This document shows, one piece after another, positions 38,651 to 51,516 of a DNA stretch of 64,000 nt. Both the position numbers and the translations under genes were made by a program. Position 1 is the stretch's first letter. Each line of letters starts with the position of its first letter. Source of the stretch: Octopus vulgaris (taxonomy: Eukaryota); contig OX597820.1 in NCBI GenBank assembly GCA_951406725.2, positions 37,758,001 through 37,822,000 on the forward strand. The letters are read 5' to 3'. The notes beneath the pieces were generated by a model. It ran no database searches. It saw only the letters and a list, made by a program, of their open reading frames with translations, and had not been told where the DNA came from.

Positions 38651-39248
38651 ATATGCTTAAGTTATCTAATATACTGCGAACGAGTCAATCAATTCTACAA
38701 TTTCCTCAGAAATCCAAACAACCCAATAAACTTGCCTCATGTCGACAAAAGAAATCAATATAGTGTAGTATTAGTTATACATTGTGAATGAACACCAGAA
38801 AATCTATCATATCAGACGTTCAGTGAAAAATATGTAAGTTTTGTTGAAAGTCTTCCTATTGTCTTTTCTCTTTCTGTTTCACTGTCTGCTCCTCTCTTTC
38901 TCTCTCTCGTTAAAGCAAGAAAATGCTAATACAATTTGCCAGACTCCAATCAGTCGAAGACTGAGATGTCATTTACCTGTATGTCTTCCTTTACTTTCCA
39001 CTTGAATACCACGAAAGAAGAAAAACAAAGAAGGAAAAATAGACACTGAAGAACAAAAAGACTGAGAATAGCAAGAGTAAAAGGTGGAGTAGGAGTCGGA
39101 TAAAGAGGATAAAGGCTAGTCTGTAGTATATAATTGAATGCAGTCTGATGAAGTCTTTAAGATGATTCTTCTTTACCAAAATGAATGCAAGGATAAAAGG
39201 TAAACACAAAGCAAATACTCGAACACATAAGAAACGAAACAATAAAGA

Positions 39249-39284
<36 letters not shown>

Positions 39285-41135
39285 AAGAGAGGGAGAGAGA
39301 GAAGAGAAGAGAGGGAGAGAGAGAGAGAAGAGAGAGACATAAGGAAGAAAAATAAAAAAAGAGAGAAGGAAACGGAAACAGGCATGCTTATAAATGACAC
39401 ACTCCTACACACATACACACACATTCAAACCCAATCGGTAATTAAACAAATAAACAACAAAAGACAATAAAAAAGGAATGAAATTTCCACAATGTTTAAA
39501 ATAAAGATAGAAAGAAACAGAAACAAATACAAGTAAAAGAGAGTAAAATAAATTTTAAAAATGTAAATGTGTCGATTTTTGAAACAGAGGTAAAAACAAA
39601 AAAACAAAAAACAAACAAAATAGATTGAAGTAAAGAAAAAAATAATAAAATAGAAGAAAATTCTATTTTAGTGTTGTATGTTATACATAAACTATGAAAA
39701 GATGAGATTTAGTCTCGTGTATTTCGGGAGACTTTTGGCTGGTAAATTTAATTTTATTTATCTAGACGCCATTTGTATCGTTCACATCTGGCAGACATAA
39801 TAATGAAGGGGATGTGTCTAGGCTTATTGAATCAGCTGAATAATTTCTTTTCTGTCTAACGACAAAAGTAGAAGAGGCAAAGACTAAATGTTTGTCCGTT
39901 GCTAATAATTTGTGAATAAAGCGTATTATTTCGAGGCGAAACAATATAAAAAGAAATAAAAACAACACGTTGTTAACGATTCAGTGTTGAAGAGATATCG
40001 GAAAAGACACGCTTGTTAAGAGAAGACTTTTGCTAACTTCCGGGTGTTCTGTTGAACGAGTTCTTTTCCGTAATGTCTGTTTGAAAATGAAATGAAATGA
40101 AATAAAATAATATAAATTCTGGGAAGTCGAGAGAATTTCGATAAAAAAACAATCAAAATAATATAGGAAAACTATAACTGAAGGTACAGCCGGAGCTGTT
40201 TGTTGGTTTCCAGTAATTTTGAAACTTTGACAATCGACAAGTGAGGCACCGGAAGTAGACGTATTCGATTTTGTTTAATACGGAAATTATGAGCTGGAAA
40301 TTATAAAGTGGTAGTTATTGGAAGAAAGTCTTAATATAAGGAAGGAAAAAGAGAAAAATAAGGACAGAGATGTAGAGAAGTACATATGATGGAGAATTAA
40401 GAACAAAAGAGTATCTCAAAACGAGAAAAAAGAGAAACTGATTAAATTTGCTGATTGGGGAAACAGCTTAAAAATTGATAGATCAGATAGAATGATAAAA
40501 AGGACAATGTGTCGGCTTTCTTATAGTTGGTAGATCAGTTCCTATACATCGTAAGTTCAAATCCTAATAGGACCCACTTTGTACTTTTGCTTGGTGCAGT
40601 TCAACTGTCTCCAAATTATAACACTATGTTACACAATTTTTGTCCTTGGGTAGCAACTGGAATTTCCTATTTTCTTGCATCTGGAAAGTATGAAAAATGG
40701 CTAAAATTTCCTTTAAAGTTTGTTTTTATTACATTTATCTAAATCCTAACAAAATCCTATCTCCTCTTCAGATCCTACTGATAGCCTTCAGTGCCTTCCA
40801 TGAAACTGCCAGATTGAGTATTGCAATCTTGAAGTTATACTTTTGATGTCATTGAGAGTTCTTTGTCTTGTGTGCATTACCCAAGATTATCATCTATCAC
40901 CACGAGAACTTTGCCCAAATATACTTTGTTGAAATAATAGATGACAAAAACATGTACCTTATTCTATTACCATTATTGACAACATGGTGATCTGCATGGT
41001 GAGTAGGGGAGTTATCACCAAATGAGAAAACACTCAGTTTCAATGAGCCATATGCTCTACAACATATACTCCCTCATCCATTCGGCTCAAATGCCCGTGT
41101 ATGTATGTATGTATGTATGTATGTATGTATGTATG

Positions 41136-41166
<31 letters not shown>

Positions 41167-41276
41167 ATATATATATACATACATACATACATATATACAT
41201 ACATACATACATACATACACACACACATACACACGCGCACCCCCCCCCACATATATATATATGTTTGTATGGTTGT

Positions 41277-41440
41277 AGGAGTGGCTGAGTGGTAAGTAGC
41301 TTGCATACCAACCATATGGTTCCGGGTTCAGTCCCACTGCGTGGCACCTTGGACAAGTATCTTCTACTATAGCCTCGGGCCCACCAAAGCCTTGTGAGGG
41401 GATTTGGTATACGGAAACTGAAAGAAGCCCGTCGTCTATA
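41277..41440 (+). mobile_element. Family B SINE head
   Basis: AGGAGTGGCTGAGTGGTAAG..GGTTCAGTCCCACTGCGTGGCACCTTGGACAAGT. Confidence 0.9.
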
Positions 41441-41639
41441 TGTATATATATATATATGTATATATATGTATATATATATGTATATATATGTATATATATA
41501 TGTATATATATTTGAAATGCATGAACTAAAAGTCGGAGGGGGACGGGATGAACAACTTGCATCAACTTGCGATAAAAGCAGGTAGTAATTTTACCTTGTC
41601 CTTATTCTTAGTGCAAGGTTTGAAGAGGGCAAGTTTTTT

Positions 41640-42150
41640 CAAAGTTAAAATAGAAGAGACAAAGGAGCATATTCGGTATATTTTGCTTATGAGTTCAATA
41701 AAGGCAACAACGCAATGGAAAGTGCAAGGAATATTAATGCAGTATATGGGGATCAGACAATAAGCGTAAGCCAGTATCAACGGTGGTCCCAGAAAACCCG
41801 AGCTGGAAACAACAGCCTAGAAGATGAGCCTCGTCCTGGAAGATCTGTAGAGCTCGACGAGGACGTCCTGCAAACCCTCGTGGAACAAAATCCCATCGTA
41901 ACTGTTGAGGAACTAACAGAATTTGCTCATTCAGCCATTCATCGACACGTGCATACCATCAAAAAACTACTATCTTTCGTTTCATGACGAAAGGTGTTCC
42001 ATCAGGATAATGATCGGCCACATACAACGAGGATGACATTCCAAAGGCTGAAGCAGTTTGAATGGGAAACGATGCCCCACCCACCATATTTGCCGGATAT
42101 TCTCCATCTGATTATCGTTTATTCCGCAGTCTTCAAAATCATTTAGATCC
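41640..42150 (+). mobile_element. Decayed, internally deleted mariner (Mos1-like) transposase
   Basis: KEHIRYILL, NKGNNAMESARNINAVYG..QRW..SLEDEPRPGRS, FHQDNDRPH, PHPPYLPD. Confidence 0.9.
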
Positions 42151-42159
42151 ATAATGTTA

Positions 42160-42420
42160 AGGTTGCATCGACGATTTTCTCGGACCATAATTTAATAGAA
42201 CTAATAATGTATGGTCTGCATGCGGGCTACTAGAAACACCCAACTCCTCTCCAGCCTGAACCTTTACAAAGTTGATTGGAAGGGTATAAAGAAAGAGGTC
42301 ATGGAACATAACTGGTCTGTCAGTCTCTCTACAGAAGATATTGACATAAAGCTACAACACTTCATGACAAATCATGTATGACATCTGCAGTAAGTTTTCT
42401 CCAGAGAGAATGCCAAGCCA
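42160..42420 (+). mobile_element. LINE fragment (end of APE domain)
   Basis: FSDHNLIEL followed by LNLYKVDWKGIK (cf. SDH..NF.KADW). Confidence 0.55.
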
Positions 42421-42712
42421 ACAGATAGGATAGTAATGAGACGACGAGCAACATTTTCAAATCGTCTAAATGGACCACTGAAGGATAACAAACAGTTCTA
42501 CCTCGAGATTGAAAATGAACACAAACACTCCGATGGAAAGGCGAGGGCAGAAAAGGAAACATATCATCAGCCACTAAGGGACATGCTCAACTGGTTAAAG
42601 TCAAACAACTGACAAGCAAAACTGTGGTATTGAGCAGAATATTTGCTGTAGCCCATCTTTTATACCAAGACAAAACAATCTACATGATAACACTTCCAAT
42701 CAGTTAAGAAGT

Positions 42713-42763
42713 GCTGTTGTTGTTGTTGTTGTTGTTGTTGTTCTTCTTCTTCTTCTTCTTCTT

Positions 42764-42794
<31 letters not shown>

Positions 42795-42835
42795 TCGTTG
42801 TTGTTGTTGTTGTTATTATTGTTATTGTTGTTGTT

Positions 42836-42910
<75 letters not shown>

Positions 42911-42930
42911 TCTGTTGTTGTTATTATTTA
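42713..42930. repeat. (TTG)n(TTC)n(TTA)n compound microsatellite
   Basis: Direct reading. Confidence 0.97.
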
Positions 42931-42934
42931 TCCT

Positions 42935-43993
42935 TTCTCGGCTACTAGTATTCTGGATAGTGTTAGTAGGATTGACTGGATTTTTTTATGGTCTAAAATG
43001 TTGGGTACGAAGTTGGAGCTATACATGTTGGGCGCTCGTGTATTCAGAGTTGTTTCGGCGTATATTTTGATAATAGAGAGAAAGTTTCCGTCTATTAGAG
43101 GCTGTTATGATAGACTCAAAGTTGGGCGGGGATAGCTTTAAAATAGAGTAGGATAGCTTTAAAATAGATCTGTTAAAGATAGAGTAATATTTATGTTGAC
43201 GAGGGAAGTTGGAGTCTAATATATTAAAAAAGGATTTGGCTAAGTTCTTAAAATTTAATGAGAAGAGAGGTTTATACCATAGAATAGAGCGCCCACGGCT
43301 TTTCTTTGGTTGCTTGGGGGTTGTATGATCTGTATTTTTAGAAATTAGAGGTGGGGTTATATGGCCCGTTATTGTTAGCTGTTTTAGCTTTTGACCTAGT
43401 GTGATATGTATGCGTATGGAGTCTAAGCTGCCTTAATCTGTGTTCTCCCGGGGTTCAAGTAGAGGGCACGTATGGTCTGTTATGATTATGATGGTTAACC
43501 TGCCATGGTGATATGAGTTGAGATATATGTTGCTTGAGCCTAGTATTAGAGATGTATTTTATTTGTTAGGCGAAGCCGCTAGCAGCGAGCGCTTGGTTGT
43601 AGTATGGAGCGTGATTATTGAATATTTCTTCAGTGGCTGAGAGGTTGGATATACGAACCGAAATACCCTTAACAATATTATCGAAGGTGGATTTGCAGTG
43701 ATTGGAATTAATGTTTAAGCACTTAAGATACTGGTTGGGTTTATGATATGGGGAGTATTAGGAGGAGGCTTCTAAGTTTAAAGTAACGTCTAAAAAAATT
43801 AGCGGTTTTATGGGAAATTTCAAAAGTAATGGAAAGGTTGAGGCTGGAGAAGAATTTGTGTAGACGTTTCCTAATTCGTTCTAAAAAGGATTTATTAACG
43901 CGTAATCTCTGTTTAGGCCTCCTTAGATAAATGGGAATTGTGTTCGGAGTTGATGGAGTAAGTAAGTATAGTCCAACGAGGTCCGCGATCTGG

Positions 43994-43996
<3 letters not shown>
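42935..43996 (-). mobile_element. Decayed Penelope-like RT fragment
   Basis: QIADLVGLYLL, LDVTLNL, NINSNH..KGISVRISNLS..FNNHAPYYNQALAASG, RSILWYKP..NFPRQHKYYSIFNRSILKLSYS. Confidence 0.88.
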
Positions 43997-44041
<45 letters not shown>

Positions 44042-44082
44042 GAAGGATACTAGAACTGTTTCATTCAAAGAAATCATCAGGA

Positions 44083-44131
44083 AGCTCCTGATGATTTCTT
44101 TTGAATGAAACAGTTCTAGTCCTGTAAAGCT
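44083..44131 (+). ncRNA. Type I hammerhead in a PLE tail; a deleted inverted copy lies at 44036-44086
   Basis: AGCUC CUGAUGA U-UUC-UUUU-GAA-U GAAA CAG UUCUAGUC CUG UA / AAGCU. Confidence 0.75.
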
Positions 44132-44213
44132 CCTTCTATATAATAAATTAATTTACTCTGCTATGTATTGTGTACCTTATTTACTGTGGTTAACCCCGAC
44201 TCAACCCGGGACC

Positions 44214-44254
<41 letters not shown>

Positions 44255-44482
44255 TGCTGCTACTGCCATTTTAGCCGCGGGTCATTCGAACACATAAGAC
44301 AGCTAAAAACAACCACGTGGATCCTGTTGAGACCAGTAAGAAACAATTATGAACTTTTTTATTACACTCAACTTGAAATTTACAGCTATTATACCTACTA
44401 CCAACAAAACACCACCACATGGATTCTGTTGAGACCAGTAAGAAACAATTATGAACTTTTCTATTACAATTAACTTTTTAAA

Positions 44483-44531
44483 ATATTTTTGATAAGGTTC
44501 GTTTTTTCAAGAACCGAAACATGTAAAATTT
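44483..44531 (+). ncRNA. Minimal type I hammerhead, U3-A8 core variant
   Basis: AUAUUU UUGAUAA GGUUC-loop-GAACC GAAA CAUG UA / AAAUUU. Confidence 0.65.
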
Positions 44532-44627
44532 CTAAGAAAATTAAAATTTATCAAATATAGTGGCGTTTTCAAACATCTTCTTTACAAATATACACCCACT
44601 CGTATACGGTATACACTTATTATAAAT

Positions 44628-44690
<63 letters not shown>

Positions 44691-44691
44691 A

Positions 44692-44751
<60 letters not shown>

Positions 44752-44777
44752 GTGTGTGTGTGTGTGTGAATGTATGC

Positions 44778-44822
<45 letters not shown>

Positions 44823-44837
44823 TACATATATACATAT

Positions 44838-44882
<45 letters not shown>

Positions 44883-44965
44883 CATACATGCACACACACA
44901 CACATGCACACACACACACGCACAAACAAGCTTATCTATCATGTCAGAATTTAATTTATAATACA

Positions 44966-45590
44966 TTAAAACCTGTTTAAACCTATCTCTCCGAGACTAT
45001 TGTTGAAATAATATCATCACAGTAGAACAAACAGCTGGGTAGAAGGGTGTTTGAGGTTGTGCCGAGCAATTGTTGATGAACTGTAATGCTAGAGGAGCGG
45101 CAGCATAGGAGGAACCTGGCACGAAAAGCCTCTGACTCTGTCCCTCGCTAACATATGCCAGAAGTCCTTCGGCTTGCTAAAGTACCGGAGCGCATAACCA
45201 AAGCCAGAGCTGACCTGGCATCATCACGGAGTACCATCTTGAAGTTAAATATAAAAAGTGATTGTATTATCCCTGATAAAATACACTACTGCAGAGGTAT
45301 CTTCGAAGGAGACAGACTGTACATACTTTCAATAAATCCCTTTTGTCATTTATGTTGAGGAAGATTAAAAGGTATTGCCTTGGTTTACAGGGCGACAGAA
45401 ATACCAAAATTACAAATTGTTTCTTTGTGAATGAATCGAACCTGTATGTTAAGAGTACGCATGAGAGGAAAAAGTGCCTTGACCGGGTTACAGTATTCTC
45501 AAAGGATATAGATTTGGTGTTTGGTCAGGATATGTGTTCCTATATGGTTGTGAAACGAGGGAAAACTGAAAATTGTAATCTAGACTAGCT
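44966..45590 (+). mobile_element. Decayed RT fragment of an RLE-type (R4/Dong-like) LINE
   Basis: EQTAG..GCAEQLL, RKASDSVP, RGIFEGD, INP, KITNCFFVNESNLY (decayed YMDD), FSKDIDLVFGQDMC. Confidence 0.78.
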
Positions 45591-45881
45591 GCATATCCAT
45601 CAATACTTAACGTATAAGGACAGAATTGTGGATACGAAGCCGCCGATTATATATGTAAACAGTAAAAAATAAATACAAGCATGGACAAGAACATGAAACA
45701 CCAAGGAGACGACACAAGAACCACAGGACGGGAATATGCATACATACATACACACACACACACATGCACACACACACACGCACAAACAAGCTTATCTATC
45801 ATGTCAGAATTTAATTTATAATACAAACAATTTTTCAGATTTATATCTAAACAATTACTGCCTCAGTAATCGATTATCTGT

Positions 45882-46185
45882 GGAGGCGCAATGGCCCAGT
45901 AGTTAGGGCAGCTGACTCGCGGTCGGAGGATCGCGGTTTCGATTCCCAGACCGGGTGTTGTGTGTGCTTATTGAGTGAAAATATCTAAAGCTCCACGAGG
46001 CTCCAGCAGCAGGAGGTGGTGGCGACCCCTGTTGTACCCTTTTGCCCCAACTTTCTCTCACTCTCTCTTCCTGTTTCTTGAGTACCGCTGCGATGGACTG
46101 ACGTCCCGTCCAGCTGGGGGAATACATACGCCACAGAAACCGGGAAACCGGGCCCATGAGCCTGGCTAGGCTTGAAAAGGGTGCA
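45882..46185 (+). mobile_element. Family C tRNA-derived SINE
   Basis: TGGCCCAGTAGTTAG A box, GGTTTCGATTCC B box, CTGCGATGGACTG domain; second copy at 55285-55586. Confidence 0.9.
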
Positions 46186-47312
46186 AAAAAAAAAAATAGT
46201 TTATCTATAAATCTGAAGGTTTCTCGTCCCTCAAATTTGCGTTGTTGTATCTATGTTGTTAATCGTTATTGTACTTTCTCATTGTGAATTAGTCATACAA
46301 CGAATTTCATGAAAATTAGTAACATTGGTTTATGATTCACTACGTTTCTTATGACAAGACGTTCGAGGAAGTGTCTCTGTAAGACAGGCAGAATAAATAT
46401 CACCATGAATTTTTGTTCGGATGCGCAGGATAACAGAAGCTTCCGGCGAATGCGTACGTCTTTCATCGATATACGCACACAGACACAGGGACAGATACAT
46501 TCGCATATACAGACGCTCAAACACATATACAAACGCACTCAGATGCACTCACTCAGACACACTTACACATACTCATGCACACATGCATACACTCAGATAC
46601 TCATACATCTACACAAATACACACAGGGACAGGTATGTACACACTCAGAGAGGCATACACACATCCAGATACACACACACACACACACATACACAAACAC
46701 AGACTCATACACACATACTCTCAAACATATACACAAATCAGACATACATACGCATGTATACAAAAGAAAGGCTTCCACGGAGTTTTCGTTCTCCAAATTC
46801 CATTCACAGATATCGGTCTGTGTCAGTTTGAGGCTATGGCAAAAGACACATATGCCCATAGGTATCGTGCAATGAAATGGAAACCGAAACCCAGTGGTTA
46901 CCAAGCAAATTTGTTAACCACACAGACAGGAGTCATTACTAAACAAGTTTTCATCGCTTCTCTGAAACTAGAGACGAAATGTAATTTCCTCTGAGTTTGT
47001 TTATAACAATAATAAATTTCAACAAACGAGGGATTATTGGTGCAGTTAACTATTGGAGCAATTAATTGCTAGTCATTAAAACGCCTTCAGGAATTATTCG
47101 CTGTTGTTGTTGTTGTCGCCATTCTCGTTCTCGTTGTCATCGTAATCGTTGTGGAGGTCGTACTTGGTCAAGCAGAGCTATGACTAAATGTGACGAAGCT
47201 TTAGTGGTACTAGTATTACTGGTTATGGTAGTCGTGGTGGTGAATTAATATACATTATAGTAGTTGTGGTTTAGCCAAAGACAAACCTGATCTTACGATT
47301 AAAGATATTATT

Positions 47313-48330
47313 AAGGCGGCGAGCTGGCAGAAACGTTAGCACGCTGGGCGAAATGCTTAGCAGTATTTCGTCTGCCGTTACGTTCTGAGTTCAAATTCCG
47401 CCGAGGTCGACTTTGCCTTTCATCCTTTCGGGGTCGATTAAATAAGTACCAGTTACACACTGGGTTCGATATAATCGACTTAATCCGTTTGTATGTCCTG
47501 TGGGTAATAAAGAAATAGGTATTTCGTTTGCCATTACGTCCTGAGTTCAAATTCCGCTGAGGTCGACTTTGCCTTTCAACCTTTCGGAGTCGATAAATTA
47601 AGTACCAGTTACGCACTGGAGCCGATGTAATCGACTTAATCCCTTTGTCTGTCCTTGTTTGTCCCCTCTATGTTTATCCCCTTGTGGGCAATAAAGAAAT
47701 AAGAATCGTTAGCGGTATTTCTTACGGCTTTACGTTCTGAGTTCTAATATCGCCGAGGTCCACTTTGCCGTTCATTCTTTCGGGGTCGATAAAATAAGTG
47801 GCAGTCGAATACTGGCGTCGATGTAATCGACGAACCTACTTCACACAAAATTTCAGGCCTTGTGCCTATAGTTGAAATAATAATTAAAGGTATCATAGTC
47901 ACGATCACCAAAACTTATTAAGGAATTTTCTTTTTCTTTTTTTTTTTTTAAGGTGTAAGGTGTAATGCAATCGATATTTGTAGCAGATATAGCGAATAAC
48001 AAATAGCTCCTTCATTGGTTTGTAGCAACAGTAATATATATTGTAGTAGTAGCAGTAGATATTACATTAATAGTTGGTATATTATCAGTATCAATATTAA
48101 CATTAGTGTAAGGCAGCGAGCAGGCAGAATCATCATTAGCACGCCGGGCAAAATGCTTAGCGGCATTTCGTCCATCTTTATGTTCTGAGTTCAAATGCCG
48201 CTGAGGTCGACTTTACCTTTCATTCTTTCGAGGTCAATAAAATAACTACCAGTCGAGCAATGAGGTCGATGTAACCAACTTAGCCCCATCCAAAAAATTG
48301 CCCGGCCTTGTGCCAAAATTTGAAACCAAA
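47313..48330 (+). mobile_element. Family A SINE cluster: triple-body copy 47313-47885 and single copy 48110-48330
   Basis: Repeated B box and central domain units. Confidence 0.9.
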
Positions 48331-48349
48331 TTAGAATAAGTAATAACAG

Positions 48350-49450
48350 GTACGTTTCATGAGTAAATAGGGTAGGTATTAGGCATTAATAAAATAGATG
48401 GTCAACAAAAAGGCGTTTTATTAAACAAAAAATTGTTTAAAGCAATCTCTTCAACCTGGGCCGATTTCAAAGATCCCTATAGCTGTGTCCTATTCGTCTA
48501 CTTGCAATCAGACCGTCTACACTAGTGTTTTCCTGGAAAGAGATAAGCGTTCTGCTAGTTAAAGTATAGTGTCTACGTTTTCCTTAATTATACTAGTAGT
48601 CTTTTGTAGCAAATATAATAGCCTTGTTAAGTCATATAGAGGAGACGGACGGGTAGTAAGACGCTATATCGAGCCATACAAAAGAAGTGCAATTCTTATT
48701 ATTGATATTTCCAAACCAGTATATTACCTTTCCGTCACACTCCTACAAATCCAAGTGAACAGGTTTTGCAACCTTAGGAACTTCTCTAATATTTCCTTGT
48801 TAATTCTGCTAATATCCAAATTAGAGGGGCTGATTAGTCAAATGGAGGGCTCACTTAGGGAATTGGGAGATTTTGAGATGAAATGGCTCCGTTCCGTAGT
48901 CCACTTCGAACTTACTAATGAATAGGCTTGGTCGTTAATGGATTCTAAGAGGGGGTAATGAAAAGCTCTTGGCTTTGGGAAAGAGAAAATACAGGAGGAT
49001 CGGTTAGTAATGATTTTATTCAACATAGTCCCCTCTCAGATTCACAGACTTATTACAGCGGTCCTTCAGTAAAAGAAGTCGAAAGGTTGGGCCTCCATCC
49101 AGGCTTTCGCGACACCCTTAAAGCCAGGAACTTTTCAGCACCCCCTCGTACGGTGGTCCATGGCGTGTATATTTCCAGTTTTGTGAGGTATAATATGTAG
49201 CTTGGAGATTCTATTTGCTAACAATAGCCACTTAAATAAAATGAATTAGGGATTAACTGCTCACAGGAGAAAGTCGGGCATTCCGCCACCATCAGATCGA
49301 GAACAAGTACGATGAGATACGTTCGTATACAGCTATTATTCAGCATGATACGGTTGTACTAGTCACTATATTCTCGTATAACTATTGCACTAATCGAATG
49401 GTAAGCAATATTCCATATCCGAACACATTCTGTCTAACATTAGCATTAGA
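48350..49450 (-). mobile_element. Decayed Penelope-like RT (N-terminal part)
   Basis: IPHKTGNI (cf. PADKT.N), PSI*LISPS..ISRINKEILE, VIYWFGNINNK..FVWLDI, SYYPSV. Confidence 0.75.
48946..49150. mobile_element. Mariner-type MITE nested in the PLE
   Basis: TIRs TAAGAGGGGGTAATGAAAAGCTCTTGGCTTT / AAAGCCAGGAACTTTTCAGCACCCCCTCGTA. Confidence 0.8.
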
Positions 49451-51331
49451 TAACCCTCTACTATCTTGTTACTAATATTGACTGAGATCCTGCATGCAGT
49501 CTAAGCCAGCGTCTACAATCAAGTTGTCGACGTTTTCCTTTTCTTACAACATCATGAAATGGGTCACACAAGTCTTATTTGGATGCTCCCATTTCAAGGT
49601 GGCTTTCGCAGTGACCAGATAGTCGCAGCCGTTTGCCTGATATTCTCTCCAACTTTCAGTAGGCCTCCCTAAAGTCATTCAGTTGTCATATATTGCTGCC
49701 ATTTCACATTTAGGGATGTTCGTAGCATCCATTTAGTCTGTTTAATAATTTCCTTGTCAGTGTCCATGTTTCACTAAATGAAGCCAAGGTAAATTAAATT
49801 ACTACAGTGGAGGGTAGCCTAATTTGTGTATTTATGTTTGTCACGGTTTGTCATTAATTACGCAATATTTATTTTATGCATAATACATCATAAATTAGAG
49901 GAACTGAAATAATTGAAATATTATGAAGTAGCCGCTTAGAGAAACCACATCTTTTCGATTTCAATCAACACAACTTTATATTTTCTGAGCTTGTCAAATT
50001 CTTTTGCCGCAATTTTATCATCATAGGTGATATTCATGTCAATCAATAAACAGACTTTATTATTTTGGTGTTTTACAACAATATCCGGTTTATCAACTTT
50101 GATGGTTCTCTTTCTATGTGTAGCAATGTCTCTAAAAATCGTTACATTTCTCTCTCAGTTACAGCCTCTGCTTTCCGATTGTTGTTTCCGACTGAACCTT
50201 CTCCCAAAATTGCTGGCTTTGTGCCAAAATTTGAAACTGTTATTATTAACGTGGTTAATTCGTAGAATCGTTAAGTTTTTGCGATATATCATCCGTCTCT
50301 ACGTTCTTCGATTAAATCCCGCCGAGGTCACCTTTGAGATCACTTTTGTCTTTTATTCTCCAGGGTCGATAACATAAAATTCCAGTCAAGGACTGGAGTC
50401 CATATACTCGACCGACCTCTCCTTTCAATATCGCTGGCCTTGTGTCTAAATCTAAAAAAAACTTTTATTATTTGATGTTCACATTTAGTCCAAGTCAGAC
50501 TTATTCAAGCACACCTAAAATCGAAAACCCTTTACTAATTCAGGACTAAATTGTCCAATATACTTTTAATCCTTTTTAAAGACTGTTACTTTTGACTGTT
50601 TTTTCTAGTTGTTTGAGCAACAGTGTAGAAGCTTTCGTTCTGGCTGGTCGTCGTCGTTAGGGTAGTAGTGATAGCAATATAGTTAGGTGAAGTGTTTTAA
50701 TCGGCGAAATCACACCGTTTGAAAACGTTGAACAGATAACAAATCAATGAATACTTTTAAAGAAGAAATAACTATTTGAAGAAAGATGAACAGACTATCA
50801 AGTTAAAAAAGGGAACTAACAAAACTATTTGAAAATAAAAGACACGAAATGACAAAGAAAACAAAACAATAATAAAAATACTAGTTACCAAAGAAAAAAA
50901 AGAAATAATCCTAAGAACAAAATATACGGTATCTTCGTGACTTTTAATTACTTTTTTGAATTTCCGACCATATCTAAAAAACATTTTTATCAGAACATCT
51001 AAGGCATCGCCAAACATCGAAACTTCATTAAAAAATTAAACAAAAGAACAATATAAAAAAATTCAAGACATTTTTGCTCATCAGATTCTTCTGGAGTTAA
51101 TTCAAAACCGAGATTAAGAAACAGGTTATCTCTCTACCCATTCTGTCTGTCTGTCTCTCTCTTTGTTTTTATAATTCTCTGAAGTTATTGTTTAACAATT
51201 GACGCGTTTCTAACCAAAGAATAAAGATGCTACTTTAGAATTTAAATAAAAAACGCCAGAAAAAATTACATGTTGATCTTTTAGAAACATCATGTATAAT
51301 TTCATTGTTCCGCTTACTGAGTGAATTTGAA

Positions 51332-51372
51332 GTATGTATGTATGTATGTATGTATGTATGTATGTATGTATG

Positions 51373-51403
<31 letters not shown>

Positions 51404-51516
51404 GAATATATGTATGTATGTGTGTATGCATGTATATATATAAGTATGTATGTATGTATGTATGTATGTATGTATGTATGTATGTATGTATGTATGTATG
51501 TATGTATGTATGTATG
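51332..51516. repeat. (TATG)n microsatellite
   Basis: Direct reading. Confidence 0.97.

Noticed and set aside
39145-39170. CTGATGA AGTCTTTAAGAT GATT
   Set aside because: Lacks GAAA and stem III
44306-44467. Repeat-spacer-repeat pattern suggestive of CRISPR
   Set aside because: Only two units of about 60 bp, in eukaryotic TE context with no cas genes; a simple tandem duplication
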